A stretch of 55,387 nt of DNA, taken from assembly GCA_043809585.1 (NCBI GenBank), contig JBDROZ010000018.1:1-55387 (forward strand), given 5' to 3'. Below are positions 1 through 9,181 of this stretch, in pieces (within the stretch, counting starts at the first letter, position 1; the number at the start of each line of letters is the position of its first letter). The notes under the pieces are model-generated. The model was not told where the DNA came from and made no database searches. It saw nothing but the letters and a program-made list of their open reading frames with translations. Made by a program: the position numbers and the translations under genes. Source of the DNA: Candidatus Eiseniibacteriota bacterium (GTDB lineage: Bacteria > Orphanbacterota > Orphanbacteria > Orphanbacterales > Orphanbacteraceae).

Positions 1-27
1 CCCACCGGAGCCGTAGGCGGAGGTGGG
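1..27 (+). repeat. 27-nt hairpin element (family G), second copy at 27596-27622
   Basis: cccacc-gga-gcc-gta-ggc-gga-ggtggg vs tccgcc-gaa-gcc-gca-ggc-gaa-ggcgga; same architecture, covarying outer stem. Confidence 0.6.
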
Positions 28-213
28 TGGGCGAGGAAGCATCCGGAGCGCGGTAGCGCGGAGGATGATGCCTACAGCCCTCCGGGCGCGCGCAATCTGC
101 GGTGCGCAGATCTTCCATGAGCTGCCCGGTTATGCCCCGGCCCCTCCCGATGCCGGCCCGCCGACCCGCCGTAAGCGAAAGACCGGTGGATGTCCCTGGT
201 TTCCACTCGCAAT

Positions 214-248
214 TTCGGGGGACACGAAACAAGTTCATGTCCCCCGAA
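214..248. repeat. GGGGACA/TGTCCCC palindromic REP-like element (family E)
   Basis: ttcgggggaca...tgtcccccgaa inverted repeat; related to 36708-36805. Confidence 0.7.
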
Positions 249-249
249 T

Positions 250-360
250 ACGCTCGTCGTGCTGCGGACGCAAGCCCTCCCATTCTCCGGGCTCGCGGAG
301 GTTGCGTTGCGCAGGCCATTGACGGCTCCCCGTCTATGCCCCGGTCCCTCCCGATGCCGG
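250..360 (-). repeat. Dispersed ~110-bp repeat (family A); partial copy at 118-156
   Basis: Reverse complement aligns with 27380-27490 and 26687-26744 (shared gagcccggagaatgggaggg and gggagg...ggggca...ggggagc blocks). Confidence 0.8.
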
Positions 361-364
361 TCCG

Positions 365-640
365 CCCCCCGCCGCGCGCAGAAGATCATGGCTGTCCTGG
401 TTACCTTCCCCCCTGTTCATCCTTCGATACGATCCTCCCTCCGGTCGGATCACTCAGGACGAACGGGGGGGGGGGAACTACGGAATTGGGTTTCCTGGAT
501 CCTCGCCCCCCCGTCGCGCACAGAAGATTGTGGCTGTCCCTGGTACTTCCCCCGATTCATCCTTCGATACACCGCGGCCTCCGGCCGCGGCACTCAGGAC
601 GAACGGGGGAGGAACTACGGAATTGGGTTCCCTGGATCCC
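365..640 (+). repeat. Imperfect ~140-bp tandem duplication containing family C hairpins (421-466, 561-606)
   Basis: gaagat..tggctgtcc...ttcatccttcgatac...cactcaggacgaacggggg...ggaactacggaattgggtt.cctggatcc occurs twice in tandem. Confidence 0.85.
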
Positions 641-696
641 CTGCGCGGGGATGACAATTGGATCCTGCGCGGGGGCAGGCTACGCGGGGATGACAA
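633..696. repeat. Two TGGATCC...GCGGGGATGACAA REP-like units (family H)
   Basis: tggatcccctgcgcggggatgacaa, then tggatcctgcgc...cgcggggatgacaa. Confidence 0.6.
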
Positions 697-750
697 TGAC
701 GAGGCCCCGTACGCCCTCTCCCCTCGGCAGTCCTTGTTGAACACTCGGCA

Positions 751-929
751 CCACGGGCGGGTGGCCGGGGCAGGGGCGTCAGGCGAGGAGCGCAGGCACC
801 AAGCGCCAGATCCCGACATTCAGTTTATCAGCGAGAACAGAAGGTGCGGTTCATGTCCGACGGAGGGAGGATATCGGGTGCGCGACTGCCGAGCACTGCA
901 GCGGACAGCCCCGGACAGGACCTGCCCGT
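751..929 (+). repeat. ~179-bp rod-like structured element (family D, copy 1)
   Basis: Homologous to 41143-41320; terminal inverted repeats and several compensatory base-pair changes. Confidence 0.85.
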
Positions 930-937
930 GCGAGGGT

Positions 938-983
938 CTTTTCGGTACCAGATATCCCGTCGCTTCGCTCCGGGAGAATCAGG
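938..983. repeat. Hairpin with 12-bp arms downstream of gph; possible terminator or REP
   Basis: cttttcggtacc ... ggtaccgaaaag. Confidence 0.6.
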
Positions 984-1002
984 TACCGAAAAGGGCGGTC
1001 GT

Positions 1003-1659
1003 TTACTCGAACCTCTTCGTGAGCTCGTACAGACTCTCGACCAGCAGATCCGGCCCTGCCTCTTCGATCATCTCCCTCGACCCGAATCCCCCGAGCACGG
1101 CGACGGTGAAGACGCCGGCCGCGCGGCCGGTCTCGACATCCACCGGCATGTCGCCGATCAGGATCCCCTCATCCGGAGCGAGGTTCATCCTCTTCAAGGC
1201 CATCCGGACCATGAGGGGGGAGGGCTTCCTCTCCTCCACCGTGTCCCCGCCGAAGACCACCGAGAACCGGTCCGCGATCCCGAGGCCATCGAGAATCCGA
1301 CGGACGTATAATTCCGGTTTGTTGGATACCACGCCGAGCCCCCGGTCCCGGAAAAAGTCGAGGCACTCCATCGCCCCCGGCAGAAGGGAGGAGTTGTCGA
1401 GACAGTGCCCGTCGTAATGGGCCCGGAAGAGATCGAGGACCGCCTCCCCGAGATCCCGATGGTCCTCTCCCGCCGCCCGCTCCACCAGCACCTCCACCCC
1501 CCGGCCGACGAAAGTGCGCACTTCTTCGAGCGAGTGGGGGGGAAGCCCGAGGGCGATGAGCGCGTGGTTCACGGAGCAGGCAATGTCCGTCAACGTCTCC
1601 ACGAGGGTGCCGTCCAGATCGAAGAGGAGGAAGCGGGGCTTCTTCGGCATGGCCATCAC
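1003..1659 (-). CDS. gph: HAD-family phosphoglycolate phosphatase-like hydrolase
   Basis: LFDLDGTL motif I, VVSNKP, KPSP, IGDMPVD; start may be 1656 or 1650. Confidence 0.85.
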   Translation of the reverse strand: MMAMPKKPRFLLFDLDGTLVETLTDIACSVNHALIALGLPPHSLEEVRTFVGRGVEVLVERAAGEDHRDLGEAVLDLFRAHYDGHCLDNSSLLPGAMECLDFFRDRGLGVVSNKPELYVRRILDGLGIADRFSVVFGGDTVEERKPSPLMVRMALKRMNLAPDEGILIGDMPVDVETGRAAGVFTVAVLGGFGSREMIEEAGPDLLVESLYELTKRFE

Positions 1660-1766
1660 GAGTTCAGTCCTTCTCGTCCGGACGGTAAGGCCCGGAGACG
1701 GTCCATGAATCGAGTGCCGTCCAGATCGAAGAGGAGGAAGCGGGGCTCCTTCGGCATCGGCGTCAC
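1656..1766 (-). pseudogene. 36-aa chimeric remnant (gph N-terminus + mutT-like C-terminus)
   Basis: 61-bp direct repeat 1607-1667/1714-1774 with 4 mismatches; peptide (V)TPMPKEPRFLLFDLDGT-RFMDRLRALPSGREGLNS. Confidence 0.7.
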
Positions 1767-2191
1767 GAGTTCAGATCTCCCCTCGGAGGCGAGGCGCGGA
1801 GCCCCTCCAGGAACTTCCGGTCCCCCTCGAGAAAGGGCATCGACCCCGTCTCGACCGGACCGACCCATCGGATCTCCGCCACGCCGATCGCCGACGGCTC
1901 CCCCCCGAGATCCACGATCTCCAGGAAGTGCAGTTCCACGATCTTCTCCGGGTACTCGTGCGTGTACGACGCGATCTCGCTCCCCACCGCGGCCTCCACG
2001 CCGAGCTCCTCCCGGAACTCCCGCCGGAGCGCCTCGGCGTCCGACTCCCCCTCCTCCACCTTGCCGCCGGGGAACTCCCAGAAGCCCGGGTACGGCTTCC
2101 CCTCCGGCCGGAGGGCGGCGAGCACGCGCCGTCCCCGCCGAGCCACGCCGGCGACCACACGGATCGATGGTTTCCGGATTCTAGGTCGCAT
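1763..2191 (-). CDS. mutT: NUDIX (d)NTP pyrophosphohydrolase, MutT/NudG family
   Basis: WEFPGGKVEEGESDAEALRREFREELG Nudix box. Confidence 0.88.
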   Translation of the reverse strand: MRPRIRKPSIRVVAGVARRGRRVLAALRPEGKPYPGFWEFPGGKVEEGESDAEALRREFREELGVEAAVGSEIASYTHEYPEKIVELHFLEIVDLGGEPSAIGVAEIRWVGPVETGSMPFLEGDRKFLEGLRASPPRGDLNS

Positions 2192-2362
2192 TTCTCACAC
2201 GCTTTCGTCGCGAGGGCTCGGAGGTCGTGGCGAGACGCCGCCTTGGACGAGGAGCCGCCGGAGGCGCAGCCCTGGCTGCGGTGAGTCGGCGATGACGGAA
2301 AGGCGGTGTCGCAGCCCGAGATGCGGGCACACAGCAGGAAGGGGGTGAGAAATGCGGCCTAG
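2181..2362 (+). mobile_element. ~180-bp MITE/REP-like rod element (family F, copy 1) flanked by CTAG direct repeats
   Basis: CTAG at 2181-2184 and 2359-2362; terminal IR gtcgcatttctcac/gtgagaaatgcggc; loop motifs shared with 36336-36517 and 36870-37050. Confidence 0.75.
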
Positions 2363-2371
2363 AATCCGAGG

Positions 2372-3882
2372 TCATCCGGTGAAGAGGGCGCGGGAGGCGG
2401 CGGTGAGGGCGTCCAGAATCCCGAAGCGGAACCCGAAGAGCGTGGTCGGGATCACCAGGAGGGCGATGATCAAGAGGTGCAGAAGCGAGAAGTTCGGGAG
2501 CGGCCGCGGATCCGACTCGTCCGGCGTGTCGATGAACATGGTCTTCATGATGCGGGCGTAGTAATAGAGCGAGACCACGCTGTTCAGCGCGCCGACGATG
2601 GCGAGCCAGTAGATCTGCTTCTCGATCACCGCCTTGAAGATGTACAACTTGCCCACGAAGCCCGCCGTCGGCGGGATCCCCGTGAGAGAGAGGAGGAAGA
2701 CCACCATGGCCGCGCCGAGGAAGGGCGCCTTCCAGCCGAGGCCCCGGATGTCCGCGAAGGTCTCCCGCCGCCCGTCGACGGAGAGGGCGATCACCACCAG
2801 GAACGCCCCGAGATTCATGATCGCGTAGACCGCGAGGTAGAAGAGGATCGCCTGGTTGCCCGATTCGTTCATCACCACGGCGCCCATCAGCATGTAGCCG
2901 GCGTGGGCGATAGACGAGTAGGCGAAGAGCCTCTTCAAGTTATCCTGCCAGATGGCGGCCAGATTCCCGAGGGTCATGGTCACCGCCGACAAGATGCCGA
3001 GGAGGAAGGGCCAATCCATCGGCCCGACGGAGACGAACCCGGACCCGACCCTTTCGGAGAGGGCGGACTGGAAGAAGCGGATCAGCACGGCGAGCCCCGC
3101 CGCCTTCGGCGCCACCGAGAAGAAGGCGGTCACCGGCGTCGCGCTCCCCTCGTAGACGTCGGGCGCCCACATGTGGAACGGAACGGCGGCGATCTTGTAG
3201 CCGAAGCCGGCGACCACGAAGACCACCGGCACGAGAAGATGGACCTTCGAAAGCTCCAAGGTGAGAAGCGTCTCCCGGATCACCGAGAGGTCGATGGAGC
3301 CGGTCATGCCGTAGAGGAACGAGAACCCGTAGAGCATCGCCCCCGACGCCGCGGCGCCGTACACCGCGTATTTCAAAGCCGCCTCGCTCGCCATCCGGTC
3401 CCGCCGGAGGAATCCGGCCAGGAGGTACGAGGGGAGGGAGACCATCTCGAGGGCGAGGTAGATCATGATCAGGTTCGACGCCGAGGCGAGGAGGATCATG
3501 CCGAGCGCCGTGGTCAGGACGAGGGTGACGAACTCGGCGTATCGGGGGCCCCGGAGTTCCCTGTATGGATGGGCGACGAGAAGAACCGCCGCCGTCACGA
3601 CCAGGAAGAACCAGCGGAAGAAGACCGAGAACGGGTCCCACGCGATGGCGCCCCGAAGAGGAGGAGCCTGTATCCGCCGCTGCCGATGGCCACGAGGACG
3701 AGGAGCGCCGCGCCGAGACCGGCGAGCGCCGTGATCAGCGTGCCGAGAGAGGCCCCGCCCCCCTCTTCCCCCTTACCCCGCCTGCCGGCGATCAGGTCGA
3801 AGAGGATCACGAGCAGGATCGTGCCGATCAGCACGATCTCGGGCAGAAAGTACAGGATGCTTCTGCCGTTCCCGAGGATCAC
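2372..3882 (-). CDS. nuoN: NADH-quinone oxidoreductase subunit N, split by 1-nt frameshift at 3651-3654
   Basis: FLPEIVL N-terminus in ORF 3595..3882; YKIAAVPFHMWAPDVYEG and KRLFAYSSIAHAG in ORF 2372..3598; one added G gives LFGGAIAWDPFSVFF. Confidence 0.92.
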
Positions 3883-3894
3883 GTCCGTCCCCTC

Positions 3895-5397
3895 CTAGCC
3901 CCAGACCACCTTGACGAGGTAGTTCATCGAAGTTTGCATCATTCCCAGGATCGGGTGCGGGTAGAAACCGAGGATCAGCACGATCACGCCGAGGGGAGCG
4001 AGGGTGAAGATCTCCCGGCCGCTGATCTCCGGAAGGGCGGCGTACTTCTCGTTCAGGGGACCGAGGAAGATCCGCTGGAACGTCCAGAGCATGTAGGCCG
4101 CGCCGAGGACGATTCCCGTGGAGCAGAGAATGGTGATCGTCTGGAACGTCTTGAATCCGCCGATCAGCACCAGCGCCTCCGAGATGAACCCGGAGAGGCC
4201 GGGTAGGCCGATGGCGGCGAAGAAGGCCAGCGACGTGATCGTCCCGTAGATCGGCATGCGGGAGAGGAGGCCGCCGAAGCCCTCGATCTCCCGGTGGTGG
4301 GCCCGGTCGTAGAGGACCCCCACGAGGAGGAAGAGCATGGCCGTGATCGTCCCGTGGTTGAACATCTGGAGGACCGCGCCGTTCATCCCCTGCTCCGTGC
4401 CGGACGCCATGCCGAGCAGGACGAATCCCATGTGGCTGATCGACGAGTAGGCGATCAGCTTCTTGAGGTCCTTCTGGGCCATCGCGCAGAGCGCGCCGTA
4501 GACGATGTTGATGAGAGCGAACACGGCCAGCGCCGGGGCGAACCAGTGGGACGCCTCGGGCAGGATCGGATAGCTGATGCGGAGAATGCCGTAGGTCCCC
4601 ATCTTCAATAGGATGCCGGCCAGGATCACCGAGATCGGCGTCGGCGCCTCCACGTGCGCGTCGGGGAGCCACGTGTGGAACGGGAAGATCGGCACCTTGA
4701 TGGCGAAGCCGATGAAGAGGCCGATGAAGATCACCTTCCCGAAGTCGAGGGCGGAGCCGAAGAGGCCGATCGTGCCGCCGTCCACCCCCGAGTTCATGAG
4801 CTGCACCATGTTGAACGTGTGCCCCCCCTTGAAGTAGAGGGCCAGGATGCAGAGCAGCATCAGCACCGAGCCGAACAGCGTGTAGAGGAAGAACTTGATC
4901 GCCGCGTACACCTTCCGGGGGCCGCCCCAGACCCCGATGAGGAAGTACATCGGCAGGAGCATGATCTCCCAGAACAGATAGAAGAGGAAGAAGTCGAGGG
5001 AGAGGAAGACCCCCATCATGCCCACCTGGAGGAGGAGGAACATGGAGAAGTATCCCCGGAGCCCCTTGTCGATGCCGAAGGAGGCGAACATGCAGAGGAA
5101 CCCGAGGAGCGCCGTCAGGAGCACCATGGTGACCGACAGCCCGTCGACCCCCATGTAGTACTGGATGTGGAACGACGGGATCCACGCCTTCATGACGACG
5201 AACTGGAACGACTCGGGGTCGTTGATTCCCGCCATCCCTCGGTCGAACGCGCCGAACAGGTAGACCGACAGGGCGAGAGGGATGATGGTTCCCGCTACCG
5301 CCGTCCACCGGATCGCGTTTTTGCGATCCCCGGGGATCAGCAGGATCACGGGAATGAACAACAGGGGCGAAAAGGTGATCCAGGTGAGCAGGTCCAT
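3895..5397 (-). CDS. nuoM: NADH-quinone oxidoreductase subunit M
   Basis: AIKVPIFPFHTWLPDAHVEAP, LLKMGTYG, KKLIAYSSISHMG. Confidence 0.97.
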   Translation of the reverse strand: MDLLTWITFSPLLFIPVILLIPGDRKNAIRWTAVAGTIIPLALSVYLFGAFDRGMAGINDPESFQFVVMKAWIPSFHIQYYMGVDGLSVTMVLLTALLGFLCMFASFGIDKGLRGYFSMFLLLQVGMMGVFLSLDFFLFYLFWEIMLLPMYFLIGVWGGPRKVYAAIKFFLYTLFGSVLMLLCILALYFKGGHTFNMVQLMNSGVDGGTIGLFGSALDFGKVIFIGLFIGFAIKVPIFPFHTWLPDAHVEAPTPISVILAGILLKMGTYGILRISYPILPEASHWFAPALAVFALINIVYGALCAMAQKDLKKLIAYSSISHMGFVLLGMASGTEQGMNGAVLQMFNHGTITAMLFLLVGVLYDRAHHREIEGFGGLLSRMPIYGTITSLAFFAAIGLPGLSGFISEALVLIGGFKTFQTITILCSTGIVLGAAYMLWTFQRIFLGPLNEKYAALPEISGREIFTLAPLGVIVLILGFYPHPILGMMQTSMNYLVKVVWG

Positions 5398-5462
5398 CGG
5401 TTTACGATCCTTCCCGATCCGGTCTTGCGGGTCCCCTGCGGCTCGCCGCCGCGACTATTTCC

Positions 5463-7673
5463 TTAGAACCGCCACGCGAGGAAGATCAGGATGATAATCC
5501 CCCCGAAAGCGGCCATGACGTAACTCTGGATGGTTCCGGTCTGAACGCGCCGGACCCGATCGCCCAGCTCGGTCGTGGCGTCGGCCATGAGATTGACCAG
5601 GCCGTCCACGAACAGGTTGTCGAACCATCCGCTGATCCTCGAAACCAGCCGGGCGGCCCAGCCGGTCAGATTCACGAAACCGTCGATGACGACATTGTCG
5701 AAACCCCCGAGGAACCGGGAGAGCTTCATGAGCCCTCCGATCACCGTGGCCCCGTAGATCTCGTCCACGAAGTACTTGTTCTCCACCGTCCGGTGCAGGC
5801 CCCGAATCCCGCCGCGAATCCTCTCCGGAAGCTCGGGGCGCCGCATGTAGAAGTGGTGGGCGAGGCCGATGCCGCCGAGGGCGACCGCCACGGAGAGGAT
5901 CATGAGGAGGTACTCGGTCGCCGCCGAGTGGCCGCCGTGGGCCGACGGGGCGCCATGAGAGGAAACCGCGGCTCCGTGGGCGTCGTGGACCGGGGCCTCG
6001 CCGTGGGCTTCGGCGGCGACTTTGCCTTCGCCGGTCGTCGCGTGCGCCCGGGCACCGAGCTCTTCGGAGAGATCCCAGTCGAGCAGGGTCTTCCCGTGGG
6101 CGTTCCCGGGGTCGACGACGGGGGCGAGGTAGTGGTGGAATTGGTTCCCCCCCTTCAGGGCCTCGGGGATGCCGACCCACCCCCCCCCGATCGAGAGGGC
6201 GGCGAGAATCACGAGGGGGATCGTCATGGTCTTCGGCGACTCGTGGAGATGGTGCTTCGTCTTTTCGTCCGCCCGGCACTCGCCGAAAAAGGTCATGAAG
6301 ATCAGGCGGAACATGTAAAAGGCGGTGATCCCCGCGGCGAGGAAGCCGACGATCCAGAGGCCGATGTTGCCCCGGTCGCTCGAGAACGCCTTCCAGAGGA
6401 TCTCGTCCTTCGAGAAGAAGCCCGAGAGCCCCGGGATCCCGGAGATGGCGAGGGTCGCGATGAACATGGTCGCGAACGTGACCGGCATGTGCTTCCGGAG
6501 CCCGCCCATCTTCCGCATGTCCTGCTCGCCCCCCATGGCGTGGATCACCGAGCCGGAGCAGAGGAAGAGGCACGCCTTGAAGAAGGCGTGGGTCATGAGA
6601 TGGAAGATGCCCGCCGCGTAGGCGCCGACGCCGACGCCGAGCACCATGTAGCCGAGCTGGCTCACCGTCGAGTAGGCGAGGACCTTCTTGATATCCGTCT
6701 GGGCGATGCCGATGGTCGCCGCGAAGAGAGCCGTCGCGGCGCCGACCACGGCGACGACTCCGAGGGCCGCCGGCGCGAGTGTATAGAGGAAGTTCATCCG
6801 GGCGATCATGTAGACGCCCGCGGTCACCATGGTCGCCGCGTGGATGAGGGCGGAGACCGGCGTCGGGCCCGCCATGGCGTCGGGAAGCCAGACGTACAGC
6901 GGGATCTGGGCCGACTTGCCCGCGGCCCCCACGAAGAGGGCGATCCCGACGAACGTGAGCAGGCCGACCCCGAAGATCGTGTCCCCCTGGAGCAGGTGGA
7001 CCGACTGGGCCATGGCGTAGAAGTTGACCGAGTGGACGCCGTGGCCGGCGAAATACCACCAGAGGGCGAAGACGCCGACGATGAAGCCGAGGTCGCCGAT
7101 CCGGTTCGTGATGAACGCCTTCATCCCCGCGATCGCCTTGTCCATGTCCGTGAACCAGAAGCCGATCAGGAGGTACGAGCAGAGCCCGACCCCCTCCCAG
7201 CCGACGAAGAGGAGAAGGAGGTTGTCCCCCGTGACCAGGGTGAGCATCGCGAAGGTGAAGAGGTTCAGGAAGGCGAAGTAGCGGTAGTAGCCCCTGTCGC
7301 CGTGCATGTAGCCGACCGAGTAAAGGTGGATCAGCCCGCCCACGCCGGTCACGACGAGGATCATCACCGCCGAGAGATGGTCGAGGAGGAAGTTGACCGA
7401 GATCCGCATGTCGCCGACGGAGAACCAGGTGTAGACCCGGTCCGTGACGACCCCGCCCTCGACGCCGCGGAGCGACAGGACCGAGACGAGGGCCATGACG
7501 AAGGAGGCCGCCACGGTCCCGACGGCGACGAAGGCGATCGCCTTCTCGCCGAGCTTCTCCTGGATCTTCTTGCCGAAGAACCCGTTCCACGCCGCCCCGA
7601 TCAGGGGGAGCAGCACGATCCACTTGAGCAGGTCGTACTCGGGAATGAGTGTGGCCCCGAATGCTCCGTGCAC
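5463..7673 (-). CDS. nuoL: NADH-quinone oxidoreductase subunit L
   Basis: GKSAQIPLYVWLPDAMAGPTPVSALIHAATMVTAG, THAFFKA, QTGTIQSY. Confidence 0.97.
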   Translation of the reverse strand: MHGAFGATLIPEYDLLKWIVLLPLIGAAWNGFFGKKIQEKLGEKAIAFVAVGTVAASFVMALVSVLSLRGVEGGVVTDRVYTWFSVGDMRISVNFLLDHLSAVMILVVTGVGGLIHLYSVGYMHGDRGYYRYFAFLNLFTFAMLTLVTGDNLLLLFVGWEGVGLCSYLLIGFWFTDMDKAIAGMKAFITNRIGDLGFIVGVFALWWYFAGHGVHSVNFYAMAQSVHLLQGDTIFGVGLLTFVGIALFVGAAGKSAQIPLYVWLPDAMAGPTPVSALIHAATMVTAGVYMIARMNFLYTLAPAALGVVAVVGAATALFAATIGIAQTDIKKVLAYSTVSQLGYMVLGVGVGAYAAGIFHLMTHAFFKACLFLCSGSVIHAMGGEQDMRKMGGLRKHMPVTFATMFIATLAISGIPGLSGFFSKDEILWKAFSSDRGNIGLWIVGFLAAGITAFYMFRLIFMTFFGECRADEKTKHHLHESPKTMTIPLVILAALSIGGGWVGIPEALKGGNQFHHYLAPVVDPGNAHGKTLLDWDLSEELGARAHATTGEGKVAAEAHGEAPVHDAHGAAVSSHGAPSAHGGHSAATEYLLMILSVAVALGGIGLAHHFYMRRPELPERIRGGIRGLHRTVENKYFVDEIYGATVIGGLMKLSRFLGGFDNVVIDGFVNLTGWAARLVSRISGWFDNLFVDGLVNLMADATTELGDRVRRVQTGTIQSYVMAAFGGIIILIFLAWRF

Positions 7674-7676
7674 GGT

Positions 7677-7997
7677 CTACCCCCGAAGCTGTCTCAGCCG
7701 GTCGGCGTCGATCGACTCGACCTGCCGGTAAATGGCGATGATCACGGCCAGGATGATGACCGCCTCGGCGGCGGCCAGCACGATGATGAAGATCGCGAAG
7801 ACCTGCCCGTCCAGGAGGGAGGCCCCCGCGGCGCTCTTCACGAACCGTCCGAAGGCGACGAAGTTGAGCGCCGCCGCGTTCAGCAGGAGCTCGATGCCCA
7901 TCAGGATCGCCACGGCGTTCCTCCGCGTGGCGATGGTGATCACGCCGAGGGCGGCGAGGATCGAACTGATCAGCAGGTACGACTCCAGCCGGTTCAT
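7677..7997 (-). CDS. nuoK: NADH-quinone oxidoreductase subunit K
   Basis: RRNAVAILMGIELLLNAAALNF, LAAAEA; ATG at 7997 overlaps nuoJ stop. Confidence 0.95.
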   Translation of the reverse strand: MNRLESYLLISSILAALGVITIATRRNAVAILMGIELLLNAAALNFVAFGRFVKSAAGASLLDGQVFAIFIIVLAAAEAVIILAVIIAIYRQVESIDADRLRQLRG

Positions 7998-8494
7998 TCC
8001 AGCTCCTTCCGCGCGAGGGCCACGGCGCCGATGAGAACCGCCAGGAGAAGCACCGACGCCGCCTCGAAGGGGAGGAGGTGCCGGCTGAGCAGGAGGTCGC
8101 CGAGCCCCTGAATCGTCGGTTCCGCGGCCCGCCCGCCGGCGAGGTTCCACCCGAAGCCGATGCCGAGGGGGAGGAAGAGAATCAGGAAGACGAGGGCGCC
8201 GATGAGCGTCGCCGCCGGGACCCGGGCGCTCCCCGATTCGATCGAGCCGCCCTGGATCCGCTGGGTGAAGACCACCCCGAAGAGGATGAGCACCAGAATC
8301 CCGCCGACGTAGACGAGGACCTGGAGGACGGCGATGAAATCGGCGGCCAGGAAGCCGTAGAGGCCCGCCGCCCCTCCGAGGGTGAACAGGAGGGCGAAGG
8401 CGGAGTACACCAGGTTCCGCGAGAAGGCGACGATGAACGCGGGGGCCACCGTCACGATCGCCAGAAAAACGAAAAGGACGTCCGAGAGGGTCAC
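7994..8494 (-). CDS. nuoJ: NADH-quinone oxidoreductase subunit J
   Basis: ADFIAVLQVLVYVGGILVLILF, LLPFEAASVLLL. Confidence 0.95.
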   Translation of the reverse strand: MTLSDVLFVFLAIVTVAPAFIVAFSRNLVYSAFALLFTLGGAAGLYGFLAADFIAVLQVLVYVGGILVLILFGVVFTQRIQGGSIESGSARVPAATLIGALVFLILFLPLGIGFGWNLAGGRAAEPTIQGLGDLLLSRHLLPFEAASVLLLAVLIGAVALARKELE

Positions 8495-9171
8495 GCTTGT
8501 TCCTCGGTCTTTCCCTCCCCGGGGTCATCGGGGGGATTCGCTCCGGTCTTCGGTTCCTCGGCCGGGGGGGGCGCCTCTTCGGCCTTCGCTTCCGGGGGCC
8601 CCTTCGCTTCTTCGTCGGCCTTCTTCTTCGCCGCGGCGGCCTCCGCCTTCAGCCGCGCCTTCTCCTCCTGCTCCTTCTCGTAGAGCGCGTTCTTCTCCAT
8701 CACCTTCGCCTTCCGGTCCTCCGAGACGAAGCGGAGGTGGAGCTTGGAGAGGTCGCTCGTGGCCCCTTCGAACTCCTTGGTGAAGCGGATCGCGCCGGTC
8801 GGGCACGGCTCCACGCAGAGGCCGCAGTACATGCACTTGTAGAGGACGATGTCGAAACGGGTCGCTTCCTTGACCCGGGGCGACTCCTTGCCGGAGACGC
8901 CCATCACCGTGTCCTTCGGGATCTTCACGTCGTCGATGACGATGCACTCGATCGGGCAGTCCCGCTCGCAGGCGCGGCAGCTGATGCAGATGTCCATGTC
9001 CACTTCGAGGTGGCCCCGGTAACGCTCGGGCAGGGTCTTCACGACCGGCTCCGGCGTTTTGTCCGGGTACTGCACCGTGATCGGCGTTCGGAAGAGGTGG
9101 GAGAACGTCACCGCCATGCCGTCGAAGATCGTGGTGCAGGCGTCCTTGATGTTCTCGATGTATCCGATCAC
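8491..9171 (-). CDS. nuoI: NADH-quinone oxidoreductase subunit I (2x[4Fe-4S])
   Basis: TVQYP, RYRG, CISCRACERDCP, CMYCGLCVEPCP. Confidence 0.95.
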   Translation of the reverse strand: MIGYIENIKDACTTIFDGMAVTFSHLFRTPITVQYPDKTPEPVVKTLPERYRGHLEVDMDICISCRACERDCPIECIVIDDVKIPKDTVMGVSGKESPRVKEATRFDIVLYKCMYCGLCVEPCPTGAIRFTKEFEGATSDLSKLHLRFVSEDRKAKVMEKNALYEKEQEEKARLKAEAAAAKKKADEEAKGPPEAKAEEAPPPAEEPKTGANPPDDPGEGKTEEQA

Positions 9172-9181
9172 GGCTCTTTCC

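Noticed and set aside
365-700. Possible CRISPR array
   Set aside because: Only two long imperfect units, no regular repeat-spacer period, no cas genes
1-1000. ORFs of 99-295 aa in the track
   Set aside because: They translate repeat DNA or the antisense of gph and show no protein motifs
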